Shown: positions 50,926 through 61,553, counted from the first letter of the stretch. The stretch is 64,000 nucleotides of DNA from an uncultured Acidobacteriota bacterium (GCA_963741955.1 CAVUKB010000005.1:1248001-1312000), one strand, 5' to 3'. A program made the numbers and translations. Notes: a model not told the origin generated them from the sequence alone.

Positions 50926-53145
50926 ATGATTCGCAGCCGAATGAACCGACGCGGAGCGCTGATCTTCCTCGCCGCCCTGATCTTCATCCCCATCCGAGCG
51001 AACGCGCAAACTCAGGCTCAGAAGCCACCCGGAGCGCCATCGAAGAGCGGGAAGTTCTCGCTGGCTCTCCCATCGGCGAAACCGGGGGAGCCGGTCCGCT
51101 GGACGGCGAGGAGTCAGGAGTTCGTGCAGGGTGACTACGCCATCCTCGAAGGGGAAGTGAAGGTCCACTACCAGAACATCGTCATCGGTGCGGACAAGGT
51201 GACGGTGAATCTGAAGACGAAGGACGTCACCGCGGAGGGAAACGTCGTCCTCGACGAAGGGCCGCAAAGGCTTTCCGCGGAGAGAATCGTATTCAACCTC
51301 GACAGCCGGACCGGAACACTCTTCGACGCCAAAGCCTCCTTCGAGCCTTCCATCCACATGCGCGGGAAGAAGATCGAGAAACTCGACCAGGATACCTACC
51401 GGCTCACCGATGGTGTTTTCACTTCCTGCGACATCGACAACCCGTCGTGGTCCTTTCACGTGAGCCACGGAACGGTCACGGTCAACGACTACGCGCACCT
51501 GCAGTCGATCTCGTTCAGGGCCAGGAAGGTCCCGGTCTTCTGGACGCCGTACATCGTGTGGCCGACGAAACGGGACCGTTCGCAGGGACTGCTGATCCCG
51601 AAGGTCGGATTCTCGAACCGCTTCGGAAGCTACGTGGGAACTGCGTACTTTCTGCCGTTCGGCGACTCGGCGGACGCCACGATCAACGCCGATTACTACT
51701 CCAAGGGATATTACGGAGCAGGGACCACCATCCGCTACGTCCCGTCGAAATCGGTCAACGGGCGCTTCATGGGGTACGCCGTCCGCGATCCGCTCGACAA
51801 CAGGACCCAGTGGAAGTACTCGTACCAGCACACCCAGGACGACCTCCCTCTCGGATTCCGCGGGGTCATCGACGTTCAGGACTTCTCCGACCTCGAATTC
51901 TTCCGCTTCTTCGAGCGCGACTTCCAGCTCAATACGATCTCGAACATCTATTCGTCCGCCTATCTGACGAAGAACACCGGCCGGTATTCGGTGAACGTCA
52001 GAACCGACCGGAGGGAACATTTCCTGGGCGCCGGAAACAACCAGGTTTTCGAACAGCTTCCGGCACTCGAGTTCCGCACTTACCCCTCCCGGATTCTCGA
52101 CTCCCCCGTCTACTTCTCGATGGAGTCGTCGGCCTCGCACCTTCGCTCGAGTCTCGGCGCGAATTACTACCGGGCGGACGTCTACCCCACCCTCTCGATG
52201 CAGGTCCGAACGGTTCCGTGGCTCTCGATCAAGCCGCAGGTCTCCGTTCGGGAGACGTACTACACCTCGAGCTACGATTCGGGCACTGGCGTCCGCACGA
52301 TCAGCGACCAGCCTCTGACACGCTTCTACGGTCAGGGACAGGTGGAAGTGGTGGGACCCTCGTTCACGAAGATCTTCACCGCGAAGATCGGCGGCTTCGA
52401 CAAGTTCAAGCACGTGATCGAGCCGCGGATCCGTTACGTCTACACCAGCAACGTCGACGACCAGAACCGGGTGATCCAGTTCGACACCGTCGACACTCCT
52501 CTCCTCCCGATCGTGCGCGATTCGGTCGAGTACTCGCTCACTCAACGAGTGATCGCAAAGGGGGAGAAGGATAATTCATCGGCTCGCGAGATCCTGTCGC
52601 TCTCTCTCCGCCAGACGGTCTCGCTCTCCAAACCGTTCGACTCTTTTTCGAACGGCACCCCGAACGCATCGAAGTTCACGCCGCTCACGCTCACCGCCCA
52701 CGTGAATCCGTACCAGACGGTCAGCCTCGACGCGAACGCCTCGTTCGGCAACGTCTCGCACCAGATCGACCAGGCGAGCCTCTCCGGACGTTTCGTCGAA
52801 CCGAAATCGAATTCCTATCTCAATTTCACCTGGTTTTCTGCGTTCCGCGCTCCCGGAGCGGTCGGCGGCGAATCGAGCCAGTTCCGTTTCAACGCCGGAG
52901 CGCCGCTCTGGCGCGATCGGATTCGTGGCGACATCTGGTTGAACTTCGATGCGAACACCGGTCAATTTCTCGAGCAGCGCTACATCGCCGGCTGGTTCTC
53001 GTCGTGCTATAACATCTCGTTCGAATACCGGGACTTCCTCGCAACCCGCGGTTTCGCCTCCCCCGACCGCAACCGCGATTACCAGATCTCGATCAACCTC
53101 AAGAACGTCGGAACATTCGTCGACCTGCGAGGATCGATCAACTGA
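50926..53145 (+). CDS. lptD: LPS-assembly outer-membrane protein LptD
   Basis: Signal peptide, OstA-like N-domain (AEGNV, FTSC), 'P.KRDRSQGLLIP' motif, HVIEP, large beta-barrel with a C-terminal Cys. Confidence 0.85.
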   Translation: MIRSRMNRRGALIFLAALIFIPIRANAQTQAQKPPGAPSKSGKFSLALPSAKPGEPVRWTARSQEFVQGDYAILEGEVKVHYQNIVIGADKVTVNLKTKDVTAEGNVVLDEGPQRLSAERIVFNLDSRTGTLFDAKASFEPSIHMRGKKIEKLDQDTYRLTDGVFTSCDIDNPSWSFHVSHGTVTVNDYAHLQSISFRARKVPVFWTPYIVWPTKRDRSQGLLIPKVGFSNRFGSYVGTAYFLPFGDSADATINADYYSKGYYGAGTTIRYVPSKSVNGRFMGYAVRDPLDNRTQWKYSYQHTQDDLPLGFRGVIDVQDFSDLEFFRFFERDFQLNTISNIYSSAYLTKNTGRYSVNVRTDRREHFLGAGNNQVFEQLPALEFRTYPSRILDSPVYFSMESSASHLRSSLGANYYRADVYPTLSMQVRTVPWLSIKPQVSVRETYYTSSYDSGTGVRTISDQPLTRFYGQGQVEVVGPSFTKIFTAKIGGFDKFKHVIEPRIRYVYTSNVDDQNRVIQFDTVDTPLLPIVRDSVEYSLTQRVIAKGEKDNSSAREILSLSLRQTVSLSKPFDSFSNGTPNASKFTPLTLTAHVNPYQTVSLDANASFGNVSHQIDQASLSGRFVEPKSNSYLNFTWFSAFRAPGAVGGESSQFRFNAGAPLWRDRIRGDIWLNFDANTGQFLEQRYIAGWFSSCYNISFEYRDFLATRGFASPDRNRDYQISINLKNVGTFVDLRGSIN

Positions 53146-53195
53146 CGCAAGGTCATCCAATGCCGCCAAAATTCATCGATCGTGAGAACGCCGGG

Positions 53196-54266
53196 ATGAA
53201 AGGCCTGATCCTCTCCGGAGGAAAAGGTACCCGGATGCGACCGCTGACCTACACGTCCGCGAAACAGCTCATCCCCGTAGCCAACAAACCCGTCCTCCAC
53301 TACGGCATCGAAGCCATCGTCCACGCCGGAATCGAAGAGATCGCGATCATCATCTCTCCCGAGACGGGCGGCGAGATTCGCGACGCGATCGGCGACGGAT
53401 CGAGTTTCGGGGCGAAGATCCAGTACATCGAACAGGACGCACCGCGTGGACTCGCCCATGCGGTGATGATCACCGAAGATTTCATGGGATCCTCCCCTTT
53501 CGTGATGTACCTCGGTGACAACCTCCTGCAACACGGAATCACACCGCTGGTCGAGGAGTACCGCCAGCTCGACTGCAACAGTGAGATTCTCCTGACTCGC
53601 GTTCCCGATCCGACACAGTTCGGCGTCGCCGAACTGACCGAGGACGGCCGGGTGCTGCGCCTCACGGAAAAGCCGAAGCAGCCGAAGTCGGATCTCGCTC
53701 TGGTCGGGGTCTACATGTTCGACCAGACCATCTTTCAGGCGGTGAAATCGATCCGACCTTCCGGTCGCAATGAGCTCGAGATCACCGATGCGATCCAATG
53801 GCTGATCGACAACGGCTTCACCGTGCATCCCCACATCGTGAAGGGATGGTGGAAGGACACCGGAAAAATCGAGGATATGCTCGAGGCGAACCGGACGGTG
53901 CTCGACGCACGCGAAAGGCTGATCCACGGAACGTTCGACGAGAATTCCAGCATCGAGGGGAAGGTGGTGATGGAGGAGGGGGCGACGATCGTCGACTCCG
54001 TCGTCCGCGGCCCGGCGATCATCGGCGCGGGAGCATCGATTCACAACGCGTACGTCGGACCGTACACCTCGATCGGCAACCGCTGCACGGTCGAGCACTG
54101 CGAGATCGAAAATTCGATCGTGCTCGAAGGGTCCACCATCAGTCACGTCGACGGACGGATCGAAGCGAGTCTGATCGGTAAGAACGTGAAGATCGGCAAG
54201 ACCCGGAGGAAGCCCGCCGCTTATCGCTTCATGCTCGGCGACAATTCCGAAGTGGGAATCACCTGA
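53196..54266 (+). CDS. rfbA: Glucose-1-phosphate thymidylyltransferase (long form)
   Basis: MKGLILSGGKGTRMRPLT, KQLIPVANKP, YLGDN, EKP, SGRNELEITDAIQ, WKDTG, C-terminal hexapeptide beta-helix. Confidence 0.92.
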   Translation: MKGLILSGGKGTRMRPLTYTSAKQLIPVANKPVLHYGIEAIVHAGIEEIAIIISPETGGEIRDAIGDGSSFGAKIQYIEQDAPRGLAHAVMITEDFMGSSPFVMYLGDNLLQHGITPLVEEYRQLDCNSEILLTRVPDPTQFGVAELTEDGRVLRLTEKPKQPKSDLALVGVYMFDQTIFQAVKSIRPSGRNELEITDAIQWLIDNGFTVHPHIVKGWWKDTGKIEDMLEANRTVLDARERLIHGTFDENSSIEGKVVMEEGATIVDSVVRGPAIIGAGASIHNAYVGPYTSIGNRCTVEHCEIENSIVLEGSTISHVDGRIEASLIGKNVKIGKTRRKPAAYRFMLGDNSEVGIT

Positions 54267-54276
54267 TTCAATCCGA

Positions 54277-54993
54277 TTGACGGCATCGGTCCGATCGGCT
54301 AGCCTCGCCGCCGTGCCGAACGTCTACACCTTCAAGGATTTCGAAGGGAGCAGCCACCGCATCCTTCTGCAGCTGGTACGCGAGTTCACCCGGGTTCCGG
54401 GAGGACGCATCCTCGATCTCGGAGCTGCGGGAGGCGAGCTGGGCGAGGCTCTCCGCGACCGCTTCGACGAAACCTTCGGATTCGATTTCGACGTCGACAA
54501 TATCGACCGACTTCACAAATCCTTCGACCACGCCGTCATCGCGGACCTGGAGCGTCTCGTCGCTCTCCCCTCCCGAATGCGCTGCATCATCCTGGCCGAC
54601 GTGCTCGAGCATCTCAGGGATCCGCGGCGGGCGCTGGAGATGGTCCGACGCTCACTCGACGAGAACGGCAGGATCTTCGTTTCAGTTCCGAACATCGCGA
54701 ACATCACCATTCGTCTCGGCCTGCTCTTCGGCGTCTTTCGCTACCGCGACCGGGGAATTCTGGACCACTCACATCTTCGCTTCTACACTCGAAGAACGAT
54801 TGTCGAAGAGCTCCGGGGGGCAGGGCTGGAGATCGACTCGGTGCACGCCTCGTCCGTCCCGATCCGCCTTGTCTTCGACGGCCGGATCCCAGGAACTCTG
54901 ATACGCCTCGGTGAACGGATCCTCGTTCCTCTCACCAGGACCTGGAAGTCGCTTTTCGGCTATCAGATCATTCTGGTGGTCCGCCCCCGCTGA
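54277..54993 (+). CDS. Class I SAM-dependent methyltransferase
   Basis: ILDLGAAGG, ADVLEHL.DP, SVPNIA, F.Y..RGILD.SHLRFYT. Confidence 0.88.
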   Translation: MTASVRSASLAAVPNVYTFKDFEGSSHRILLQLVREFTRVPGGRILDLGAAGGELGEALRDRFDETFGFDFDVDNIDRLHKSFDHAVIADLERLVALPSRMRCIILADVLEHLRDPRRALEMVRRSLDENGRIFVSVPNIANITIRLGLLFGVFRYRDRGILDHSHLRFYTRRTIVEELRGAGLEIDSVHASSVPIRLVFDGRIPGTLIRLGERILVPLTRTWKSLFGYQIILVVRPR

Positions 54994-57575
54994 CGCCTCA
55001 GCTCGAGCAGGATGGCAATCATGAGCAGCACGGCCCCGATCGCAGCGGGAATCCAGAATCCTCGGCCGATCCTCCATCGAAGTTCCACTACGTGCCGCCC
55101 CGGTTCGATCGGGATACCCGCGAACAACGTGTCGATCGACAGCGGTTGGACATTCTTCCCATCCACCGCGACACGCAGCTGAGAGACGAGCTTCTCCGAG
55201 GTCGCAAGAAGAAATGGAGCGGCCGATTCGACGGTGATCGTGGTGTTGGACGCGTCGTACCTCTGGATCTGGAAGTGCACCTTCCGATCCGCGGGTGGTA
55301 CCTGCTCGAGTCTCGTCCGCAGCTCCGGCACATCGGAAGAGACGACCGCGATGCGAGCGAGATCGACGTCTTTCCGTCTCAGGAACTCGTCACGGTTCAT
55401 GGTCTCGATCTTCCAGACCGGAAAGTATCGGGGATTCGCCGCGAGGTTCTCGAATATGCGGCCGTCGTCGAGCTCCGAATCGATGATCAGAGGGAATCGT
55501 ACCTTTCCGTAGTAGACGGGCGACTCACCCGGGGCACCCTCCGCCCCCGGCAGAACGACGTTCTCTCCGGACGAGCTCATTCGCACCAGAAATTCACTCC
55601 CCGGCGCGACGTCACGCGGCAGAGGCACGTAGATCTTCTGCATCCGGCTAAGCTGCCCGTAGGGGTAGTTGCGGCGGTATACGACCTTTCCCGTCTCGGG
55701 TTCGATCAGCCGGACTTCGAGTTCTCCCCCAACGGCGGAGCTCGAACGAACGGCGACCGGAAATTCGATCGCGTAGAACGGGAGCCTGTCGATCCGGACG
55801 AGGCGCGTGAGCGTCTCCCCTGGTGCCAGGAGATACGTCCCCTCCTTCGGCACTCCGGGGTCGGTCGCTGCGTAGATGGACCAGCGGAGGATGTCGATGT
55901 CCGGTTGCTCGATCAGATAACGGACATTCAGAAACGAGAGGAGAGGGTCGCGAAAGTCCATCCTCAGCGAGTTCAGAAGGAGAATCGTCGAGTGGGTGGT
56001 GGCAGCATCCGGGTCGAGCCGTTCGATCAACTTCCGGTATTCGAGCTCTGAACTGAAGTGGCTGCGCACGTCCTCGATCCGGTAGAGCTCCGACGAGTTC
56101 GGAATCAGATACGGGAAGAAGCCGGCGAACCGGAACGGCGGCCGGCCTTTCTGCAGGTACTCCACCGTCGTGCTCCGGGGGAGACTCGCCACTTCGGGAG
56201 TGAGATAGGGATAGAAGTGCGCGGCGAACAGCGAGAGATCTCCGGCGACGAGAAGCGCCATCGCAAGAACCAGAGCGTTCACCACCGGACGCATTCGTGT
56301 CGCGGTGAGACGGCCGATGAGGAGCGTACCGGCTCCGGCGAGATACGCGAACGGGATCGGCAGCAGCATCCGCAATCGTGCCAGGGCCGAGTACTTGATC
56401 CCCGGCAGTTCGGCAACCACTTTGCCGAATCCACTCCTGGTGAAGATCAGGACGGTCAGAACCAGAAGCACCAGCATCCAGAATCCGCGGTCCCTCGCAC
56501 GCCTCTCGAGAACGCCGAGCAGAACGAGAGGGAGGGTGAAGATACCGAGGTAGATGGTCGCCTCGACAAAGTTGCTCCCCGGCATTTGCGCAGACGTGTG
56601 CCAGATGTGACGAACCGGATCTCCGAGTGCGTAAGGATCGAGCAGAGCGCGCAGGTGCCAGAGCGGGTACACACCGGCTGCGGCGCTGTTCGCGCGCATC
56701 TCGAGATACCCGCTGCGGAGCAGTAGTCTCACGAACGGCGCCAGGAACGGGAGGGCGATCACGGACCCGAGAGAGACGCCTGCTGCGACTCGTGCGATAC
56801 CCGCCATTCGAACTCCGCGAGCCCGGATCGTCCGGTACACGAAGAACGCGACACCGAGGTACGCCCCGTACGCGATGACCGCAGGAAATCCACAGAGGAG
56901 AATCGCCAGAACCAGAAGAGCAGTCAGAGATACTGAAACCCGTTTCCCTCTGGTCAACCGCGAGACGAGAAGCAGCACGGCAGGGTAGAGCGTCGTCCCG
57001 TTCGTCCCCTGCCACAGCCACCAGACCACGTATGGTCCGGCGAGAGCGAAGACGGTCGCTCCGACCGCCGCTCCTCGCTTCCCGAGCCTTTCTTCGCGCA
57101 ACCAGAGATACGCGAGGAGGAATCCGACGTTCAGCTTGAGAAGAACGATGCCGCTGTAAACCGCACGAAGAGGGAAAAGAAGCGCGGGAATCAGAATGAA
57201 AGGAGAAAGGACAGCCGAAGCAGCGGATCCGAATCCAGGCTCACCGGAAGCGATGTAGCGGTTCCAGTGGAACGCGGCCGGGTCGGATCTGAGCAGCTCG
57301 ATCAGGGTCAGGTACGAAGTCGGTGGGTCGTGGATGAGAGGATTTTGAGCCTCGACCGTCCGATGCGCCTGCCAGGGAAAGTAGTGGTAGTAGACGTCGT
57401 TCGGCGAGAGCACGCGGCCCATGAAGAACGATGGAAAGAAGACGATCAGATGGATCCAGAGGAGAATCCAGAGCGCGAGATGGTGTTTGCGGACTCCCCT
57501 CGCCACGCGGATCGCCCTGCCACGGTCCCCAGCCGGGACTCGAGGTGCGGAGTGGGTCGTCACCGTACCAATCAT
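54963..57575 (-). CDS. YfhO-family membrane protein (GT-C-like)
   Basis: Multi-TM N-terminal region (WNRY..GEP), large extracytoplasmic domain, C-terminal 'V.VDGK..G..IEPG.H.VE..W' plus a final TM helix. Confidence 0.78.
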   Translation of the reverse strand: MIGTVTTHSAPRVPAGDRGRAIRVARGVRKHHLALWILLWIHLIVFFPSFFMGRVLSPNDVYYHYFPWQAHRTVEAQNPLIHDPPTSYLTLIELLRSDPAAFHWNRYIASGEPGFGSAASAVLSPFILIPALLFPLRAVYSGIVLLKLNVGFLLAYLWLREERLGKRGAAVGATVFALAGPYVVWWLWQGTNGTTLYPAVLLLVSRLTRGKRVSVSLTALLVLAILLCGFPAVIAYGAYLGVAFFVYRTIRARGVRMAGIARVAAGVSLGSVIALPFLAPFVRLLLRSGYLEMRANSAAAGVYPLWHLRALLDPYALGDPVRHIWHTSAQMPGSNFVEATIYLGIFTLPLVLLGVLERRARDRGFWMLVLLVLTVLIFTRSGFGKVVAELPGIKYSALARLRMLLPIPFAYLAGAGTLLIGRLTATRMRPVVNALVLAMALLVAGDLSLFAAHFYPYLTPEVASLPRSTTVEYLQKGRPPFRFAGFFPYLIPNSSELYRIEDVRSHFSSELEYRKLIERLDPDAATTHSTILLLNSLRMDFRDPLLSFLNVRYLIEQPDIDILRWSIYAATDPGVPKEGTYLLAPGETLTRLVRIDRLPFYAIEFPVAVRSSSAVGGELEVRLIEPETGKVVYRRNYPYGQLSRMQKIYVPLPRDVAPGSEFLVRMSSSGENVVLPGAEGAPGESPVYYGKVRFPLIIDSELDDGRIFENLAANPRYFPVWKIETMNRDEFLRRKDVDLARIAVVSSDVPELRTRLEQVPPADRKVHFQIQRYDASNTTITVESAAPFLLATSEKLVSQLRVAVDGKNVQPLSIDTLFAGIPIEPGRHVVELRWRIGRGFWIPAAIGAVLLMIAILLELRRQRGRTTRMI

Positions 57576-57624
57576 CTACGGCGGCATCATAGCAAGCGCG
57601 TCACGCCCCGGATAGAATCGCGCC

Positions 57625-58575
57625 ATGAAACGAGTGCTGATCGCCGCCGATCTCGATCCCGTACTGCTCCAGCTCCTCAGGGACGATCCCCGGTTCGAAA
57701 CCGTACATCGACCGACGCACTCGGAACAGGAGCTCGCCGGGACGATTTCCGGCTTTCACGTGCTGGTGACCCGATACCACAATCGCGTGACGCGCGCGGT
57801 TCTGGAGCGGGCGGATGGCTTGGACGTCATCATCCAGGGAACCAGTGGTCTGGACAATATCGATCACCCCGCAGCTGCCGAACGCGGGATCGCCATTATT
57901 GGCATCCCTGGAGAAAACGCGAATGCAGTAGCCGAGCTGGTCCTCGGCCACATGATCTCATTGACGCGGACGGTTCCCTTCTACGATCGCTCGATGCGTA
58001 AAGGAGCCTGGATCCGCGACGACTGCGCGACACGCCGCGAGTTGCGTTCGTTCCAGCTCGGGATCGTCGGAATCGGAAGGGTGGGAAGCCGCGTCGCCGC
58101 AATCGCCGGAAATCTCGGGATGAAGCCGCTCTCGTTCGATCCATATCTTTCGCGGGACGAGATCGCCCGTCGCGGGGCGAAGAAGGTCGAGACTCTGGAC
58201 GAGCTCCTCGCGAAGAGCGAAATTCTGACCTTCCACGTTCCCCTGACCGAGGAGACCGACGGGATGCTGGGAGCCGGAGAGATCGAACGTCTGCCGGTTG
58301 GAGCCGCCGTGATCAATTCATCACGAGGAGAAGTGGTGGACCTGGCTGCACTTCTGGACGCTCTGGAGCGCGGCCATCTCGGAGGCGCCGCACTCGACGT
58401 GTTCGATCCCGAACCCCCTTCGCGCAGCTGGCCGGACGACCCACGCCTGATCCTCACTCCTCACATCGCTGGATGCACTCGGGAAGCGAAGCTCGCGATC
58501 GGGAAAATGGTGTACCGCCGTCTCTGCGAGTACTACGCGCTCGCGCCGGCCGGAGATGCTGACTCGGCAGGATGA
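57625..58575 (+). CDS. D-isomer-specific 2-hydroxyacid dehydrogenase (SerA-like, no ACT domain)
   Basis: GLDNID, NANAVAE, GIVGIGRVG, HVPLT, INSSRG, LDVF..EP, TPHIAG. Confidence 0.88.
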   Translation: MKRVLIAADLDPVLLQLLRDDPRFETVHRPTHSEQELAGTISGFHVLVTRYHNRVTRAVLERADGLDVIIQGTSGLDNIDHPAAAERGIAIIGIPGENANAVAELVLGHMISLTRTVPFYDRSMRKGAWIRDDCATRRELRSFQLGIVGIGRVGSRVAAIAGNLGMKPLSFDPYLSRDEIARRGAKKVETLDELLAKSEILTFHVPLTEETDGMLGAGEIERLPVGAAVINSSRGEVVDLAALLDALERGHLGGAALDVFDPEPPSRSWPDDPRLILTPHIAGCTREAKLAIGKMVYRRLCEYYALAPAGDADSAG

Positions 58576-59858
58576 AACGCCTCGCGGCGACAGTGTTTCC
58601 CGTCGCGAATCACTTGCACACCGTCACGGAACACGTGGCGGACCAGATTGATCCCGAAGTGATACACGAGGTGGAGATAGTTCGGGGCGTCGAGGAGGAG
58701 GAAGTCGGCGCGTTTCCCTGGTTCGATCGTGCCGGTCTCGGAGGCGAGACCGAGTGAGAAGGCACCGTTGATGGTCGCCGCGGTGAGAGCTTCTTCAACC
58801 GTCAGCCTCATCCGGAGACAGGCGAGCTGGATGACGATCTGCATCGATTCGGTCATCGAGGAGCCGGGGTTGCAGTCGGTCGAGAGCGATACGATCGCGC
58901 CATTGTCGATCATCGCTCGCGCGGGAGCGTACCGGTCGGACATCAGAAAGAAGCTCGTCGCCGGGAGAAGGTTCGCCACAGTCTCGGATGCTGCGAGCGC
59001 GCGAATCCCCTCGCGAGAGATACACATCAGGTGATCGGCAGAACGAGCACCAACCCGCACCGCGAGCGCGGCTCCTCCGGTGTCACTCAGCTCGTCGGCG
59101 TGAATTCTCGGTTCCAGCCCCAGGCGCGCACCTGCGCGGAGGATGTCCTCTCCGTCGCGGGCGGTGAAGATACCCCTTTCGACGAAGACGTCACAGAAGC
59201 GGGCGAGCTTCTGCGAGGAAACCTCGGGGAAGATCTCCTCGATCACGTACTGCACGTAGGCCTGCCGTGACTTGTCCGAACGATCGCGCTCGGGGGGCAT
59301 CTCGTGAGCCGCGAGACAGGTGGGAACCAGACGCACCGGCGCGGAGCGCTCGGCGGTCGCGATCGCCCGGAGCTGTTTGAGCTCGTCGACGAGATTCAGT
59401 CCATAACCACTCTTCGCTTCGGCAGTGGTCGTTCCGTGGAGCGCCATCATGCACGCGCGTCGCAGCACGTTGTCGACCAGAAGATCCTCGGATGCCTTTC
59501 GGGTCTCGCGCACGGTGGAGGCGATCCCGCCTCCCGAAGCCGCGATCTCCTCGTAGCTCTCGCCGGAGATACGGCGATTGAACTCCGATTCCCGGTAGCC
59601 GGCAAACGGCAGATGGGTGTGACTGTCGACGAAACCCGGGAGTGCGGTGGCGCCCTTCGCATCGAAGTCGCGTGTCACAGCGGACCGGATCTCGGGAGGA
59701 AGATCGGATTCAGCTCCGACGAATACGAAGCGATCGCCTTCAGTGACGATCACCGGACGTTCCAGAACGGCGATCTTCCGGAGGGCCGCACCTCGAACCG
59801 GCGCGTTTCCGATCGGAGTCGCGATCTGGGAGAGATTATGGAAAAGCGTCAGTGACAT
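58533..59858 (-). CDS. hutI: Imidazolonepropionase
   Basis: PGFVDSHTH, GGGI.STV..TR, EAKSGYGL, CDVFVE.G.F, HADEL, SADHL, TDCNPGSS. Confidence 0.95.
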   Translation of the reverse strand: MSLTLFHNLSQIATPIGNAPVRGAALRKIAVLERPVIVTEGDRFVFVGAESDLPPEIRSAVTRDFDAKGATALPGFVDSHTHLPFAGYRESEFNRRISGESYEEIAASGGGIASTVRETRKASEDLLVDNVLRRACMMALHGTTTAEAKSGYGLNLVDELKQLRAIATAERSAPVRLVPTCLAAHEMPPERDRSDKSRQAYVQYVIEEIFPEVSSQKLARFCDVFVERGIFTARDGEDILRAGARLGLEPRIHADELSDTGGAALAVRVGARSADHLMCISREGIRALAASETVANLLPATSFFLMSDRYAPARAMIDNGAIVSLSTDCNPGSSMTESMQIVIQLACLRMRLTVEEALTAATINGAFSLGLASETGTIEPGKRADFLLLDAPNYLHLVYHFGINLVRHVFRDGVQVIRDGKHCRREAFHPAESASPAGASA

Positions 59859-59887
59859 TCGAGGACCTCACCACGGCAGTGGCTTGC

Positions 59888-60394
59888 CTATTCTAACTCG
59901 CCACTCTTGCGGTGAATCTGGGTGATCGGCTGTTCGAGAGCCTCCTGCTCTGCATCGAGCATCACCATCTGCTGGACGATGTCCAGCATCGACTGCAGCT
60001 TGCTGCGGGCAGCCTTCCTTTGAATCTTCAGATCCTGAATCGATGATTCCAGAGCACCCACCCGGTCCATCACCTGTCCCATGATCCGTTCCGAAAGAAG
60101 CTCGGCATCCTTCACGATCAGCTCGGCTTCTTTCCGCGCATTTTCCTTGACGTCTTCGGAGACTCGCTGTGCGGAGAGGAGAGTGTCCTTGATGATCCGT
60201 TCCCGCTCGCGATGTTCCGCCACCTCTTCGCGACTCTGACTGATCTCGCGGGCCAGATGGTCGAGCTCCTTCAGAAGCCGCTCCATCTCCTCGGCGACCA
60301 GATGAAGATATGCGCGGACCTCGTCGACGTTGTACCCGTTCAGCGAACGGCCAAAGACCTGCTTCTGAATCTCCAGTGGTGTCAGATTCTGCAT
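59888..60394 (-). CDS. divIVA: DivIVA domain protein
   Basis: LTPLEIQKQ.F.R...GY...EV..YL followed by a coiled coil. The ATG at 60394 follows GGGAGG. Confidence 0.88.
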   Translation of the reverse strand: MQNLTPLEIQKQVFGRSLNGYNVDEVRAYLHLVAEEMERLLKELDHLAREISQSREEVAEHRERERIIKDTLLSAQRVSEDVKENARKEAELIVKDAELLSERIMGQVMDRVGALESSIQDLKIQRKAARSKLQSMLDIVQQMVMLDAEQEALEQPITQIHRKSGELE

Positions 60395-60525
60395 GAACAC
60401 GACCTCCCTCAACGGACGGAGCGTTTCGGCCCCTCGAGCGAAAGGAGTGCGCCATGCCGGCCGCGCGACTTCCCCCTCCCGGACCACGCCACGTCGCGGT
60501 TGCAACCCTACTGCAGGAACGACAT

Positions 60526-60861
60526 TCAGAGTATAGGCCCGATCGCGAGACGGAGGAAAGTTCGGAGGAAGTAGACTGCGATGAGCAGCAGGAGTGGCGA
60601 CCAGTCGATTCCTCCCGTTTTCCACGGGGGGAGCAGCCGCCGGAAGGGCCGAAGTATGGGCGCGGCTCCGCGCTCGAAAAAGTCATTCAGCTGAACCAGA
60701 ACGTTGAAGAAGGCCCGATGACGCCACCGAAACGAAGTCTGTGACGCGAAAAAGACGACCCACGAGAGAATCACCCAGACGAAAACGAACCACACGATCA
60801 ATCCCAGCACCAGATCGACCGTCCAGAACAGACTTTTCAGGAAAGCGCTACCGACCCACAT
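60526..60861 (-). CDS. yggT: YggT family membrane protein
   Basis: ILSWV, P.LRPFRRLLP..GGIDWSPL. Start is 60861 or 60873. Confidence 0.85.
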   Translation of the reverse strand: MWVGSAFLKSLFWTVDLVLGLIVWFVFVWVILSWVVFFASQTSFRWRHRAFFNVLVQLNDFFERGAAPILRPFRRLLPPWKTGGIDWSPLLLLIAVYFLRTFLRLAIGPIL

Positions 60862-60869
60862 CCGACGAG

Positions 60870-61553
60870 TCACTCCCTCCTGCCGAAGATCGCCCGCCCG
60901 ATCCGGACCATCGTCGAGCCTTCTTCGACCGCGATCTCGAAATCATCACTCATCCCCATCGAGAGCACCGGTTCGCGAATCAGCCCCCGCGAACGGGTCT
61001 TCTCCCAGACCTCGCGCATCGCTGCAAAATAGCGCCGAACCTCTTGCGCGTCTGCGACTGGCGGGATGCACATCATTCCCCGAACGGTGATCCCTTCCAG
61101 CCCCAGCAACTCTTCCGCCACCTCGATGGCAGCATCCGGACTCACGCCACTTTTCTGGGGTTCCATCCCGATGTTCACCTGCAGGAGCACGTCCGGCCGT
61201 CGTCCCTCCTGGACCGCGATCCGGGAGATCCTTTGCGCCAGGTCGAGCGAGTCGACGCTCTGGATCACGTCGAAGATCTCTACTGCGCCACGGACCTTGT
61301 TCGACTGAAGATGCCCGACCAGATGCCAACGCCCGCGGCTCTGGATCGACTCGAGCTTCTCCCGAAATTCCTGGACGCGGTTCTCTCCGACGTCGGTGAT
61401 TCCCGCTGCGATCGCGGCATCCACCGCCGTCGCCGGGAACGTCTTGGAGATCGCAACGAGCGTGACTTCCTGCCGGCGGCGACCACTGCGTCGGCACGCC
61501 TCTTCGATTCTCCCGTCGATCTCGCGGACGTTCGCCCGCAGGTCATCCCACAT
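60870..61553 (-). CDS. yggS: PLP homeostasis protein (YggS family)
   Basis: LVAISKT, GENRVQE, WHLVGHLQSNK, QVNIG.EPQKSG, LSMGMSDDFE.A.EEGSTMVRIG. Confidence 0.95.
   Translation of the reverse strand: MWDDLRANVREIDGRIEEACRRSGRRRQEVTLVAISKTFPATAVDAAIAAGITDVGENRVQEFREKLESIQSRGRWHLVGHLQSNKVRGAVEIFDVIQSVDSLDLAQRISRIAVQEGRRPDVLLQVNIGMEPQKSGVSPDAAIEVAEELLGLEGITVRGMMCIPPVADAQEVRRYFAAMREVWEKTRSRGLIREPVLSMGMSDDFEIAVEEGSTMVRIGRAIFGRRE

Noticed and set aside
50908-52545. Long antisense ORFs (e.g. 545 aa opposite lptD, 575 aa opposite pruA, 507 aa opposite thiolase)
   Set aside because: These are expected shadows of GC-rich codon usage on the coding strand, with no motifs of their own.
57625-58575. 2-hydroxyacid dehydrogenase as the missing sulfolactate dehydrogenase
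   Set aside because: It is about 28 kb away and SerA-like, not of the ComC family; there is no linking evidence.
60551-60570. GAGGAAAGTTCGG resembling the RNase P RNA (rnpB) P4 motif near the zinc-ribbon/rnhA genes
   Set aside because: It lies antisense within the yggT coding sequence, and the matching 3' rnpB motif was not found.
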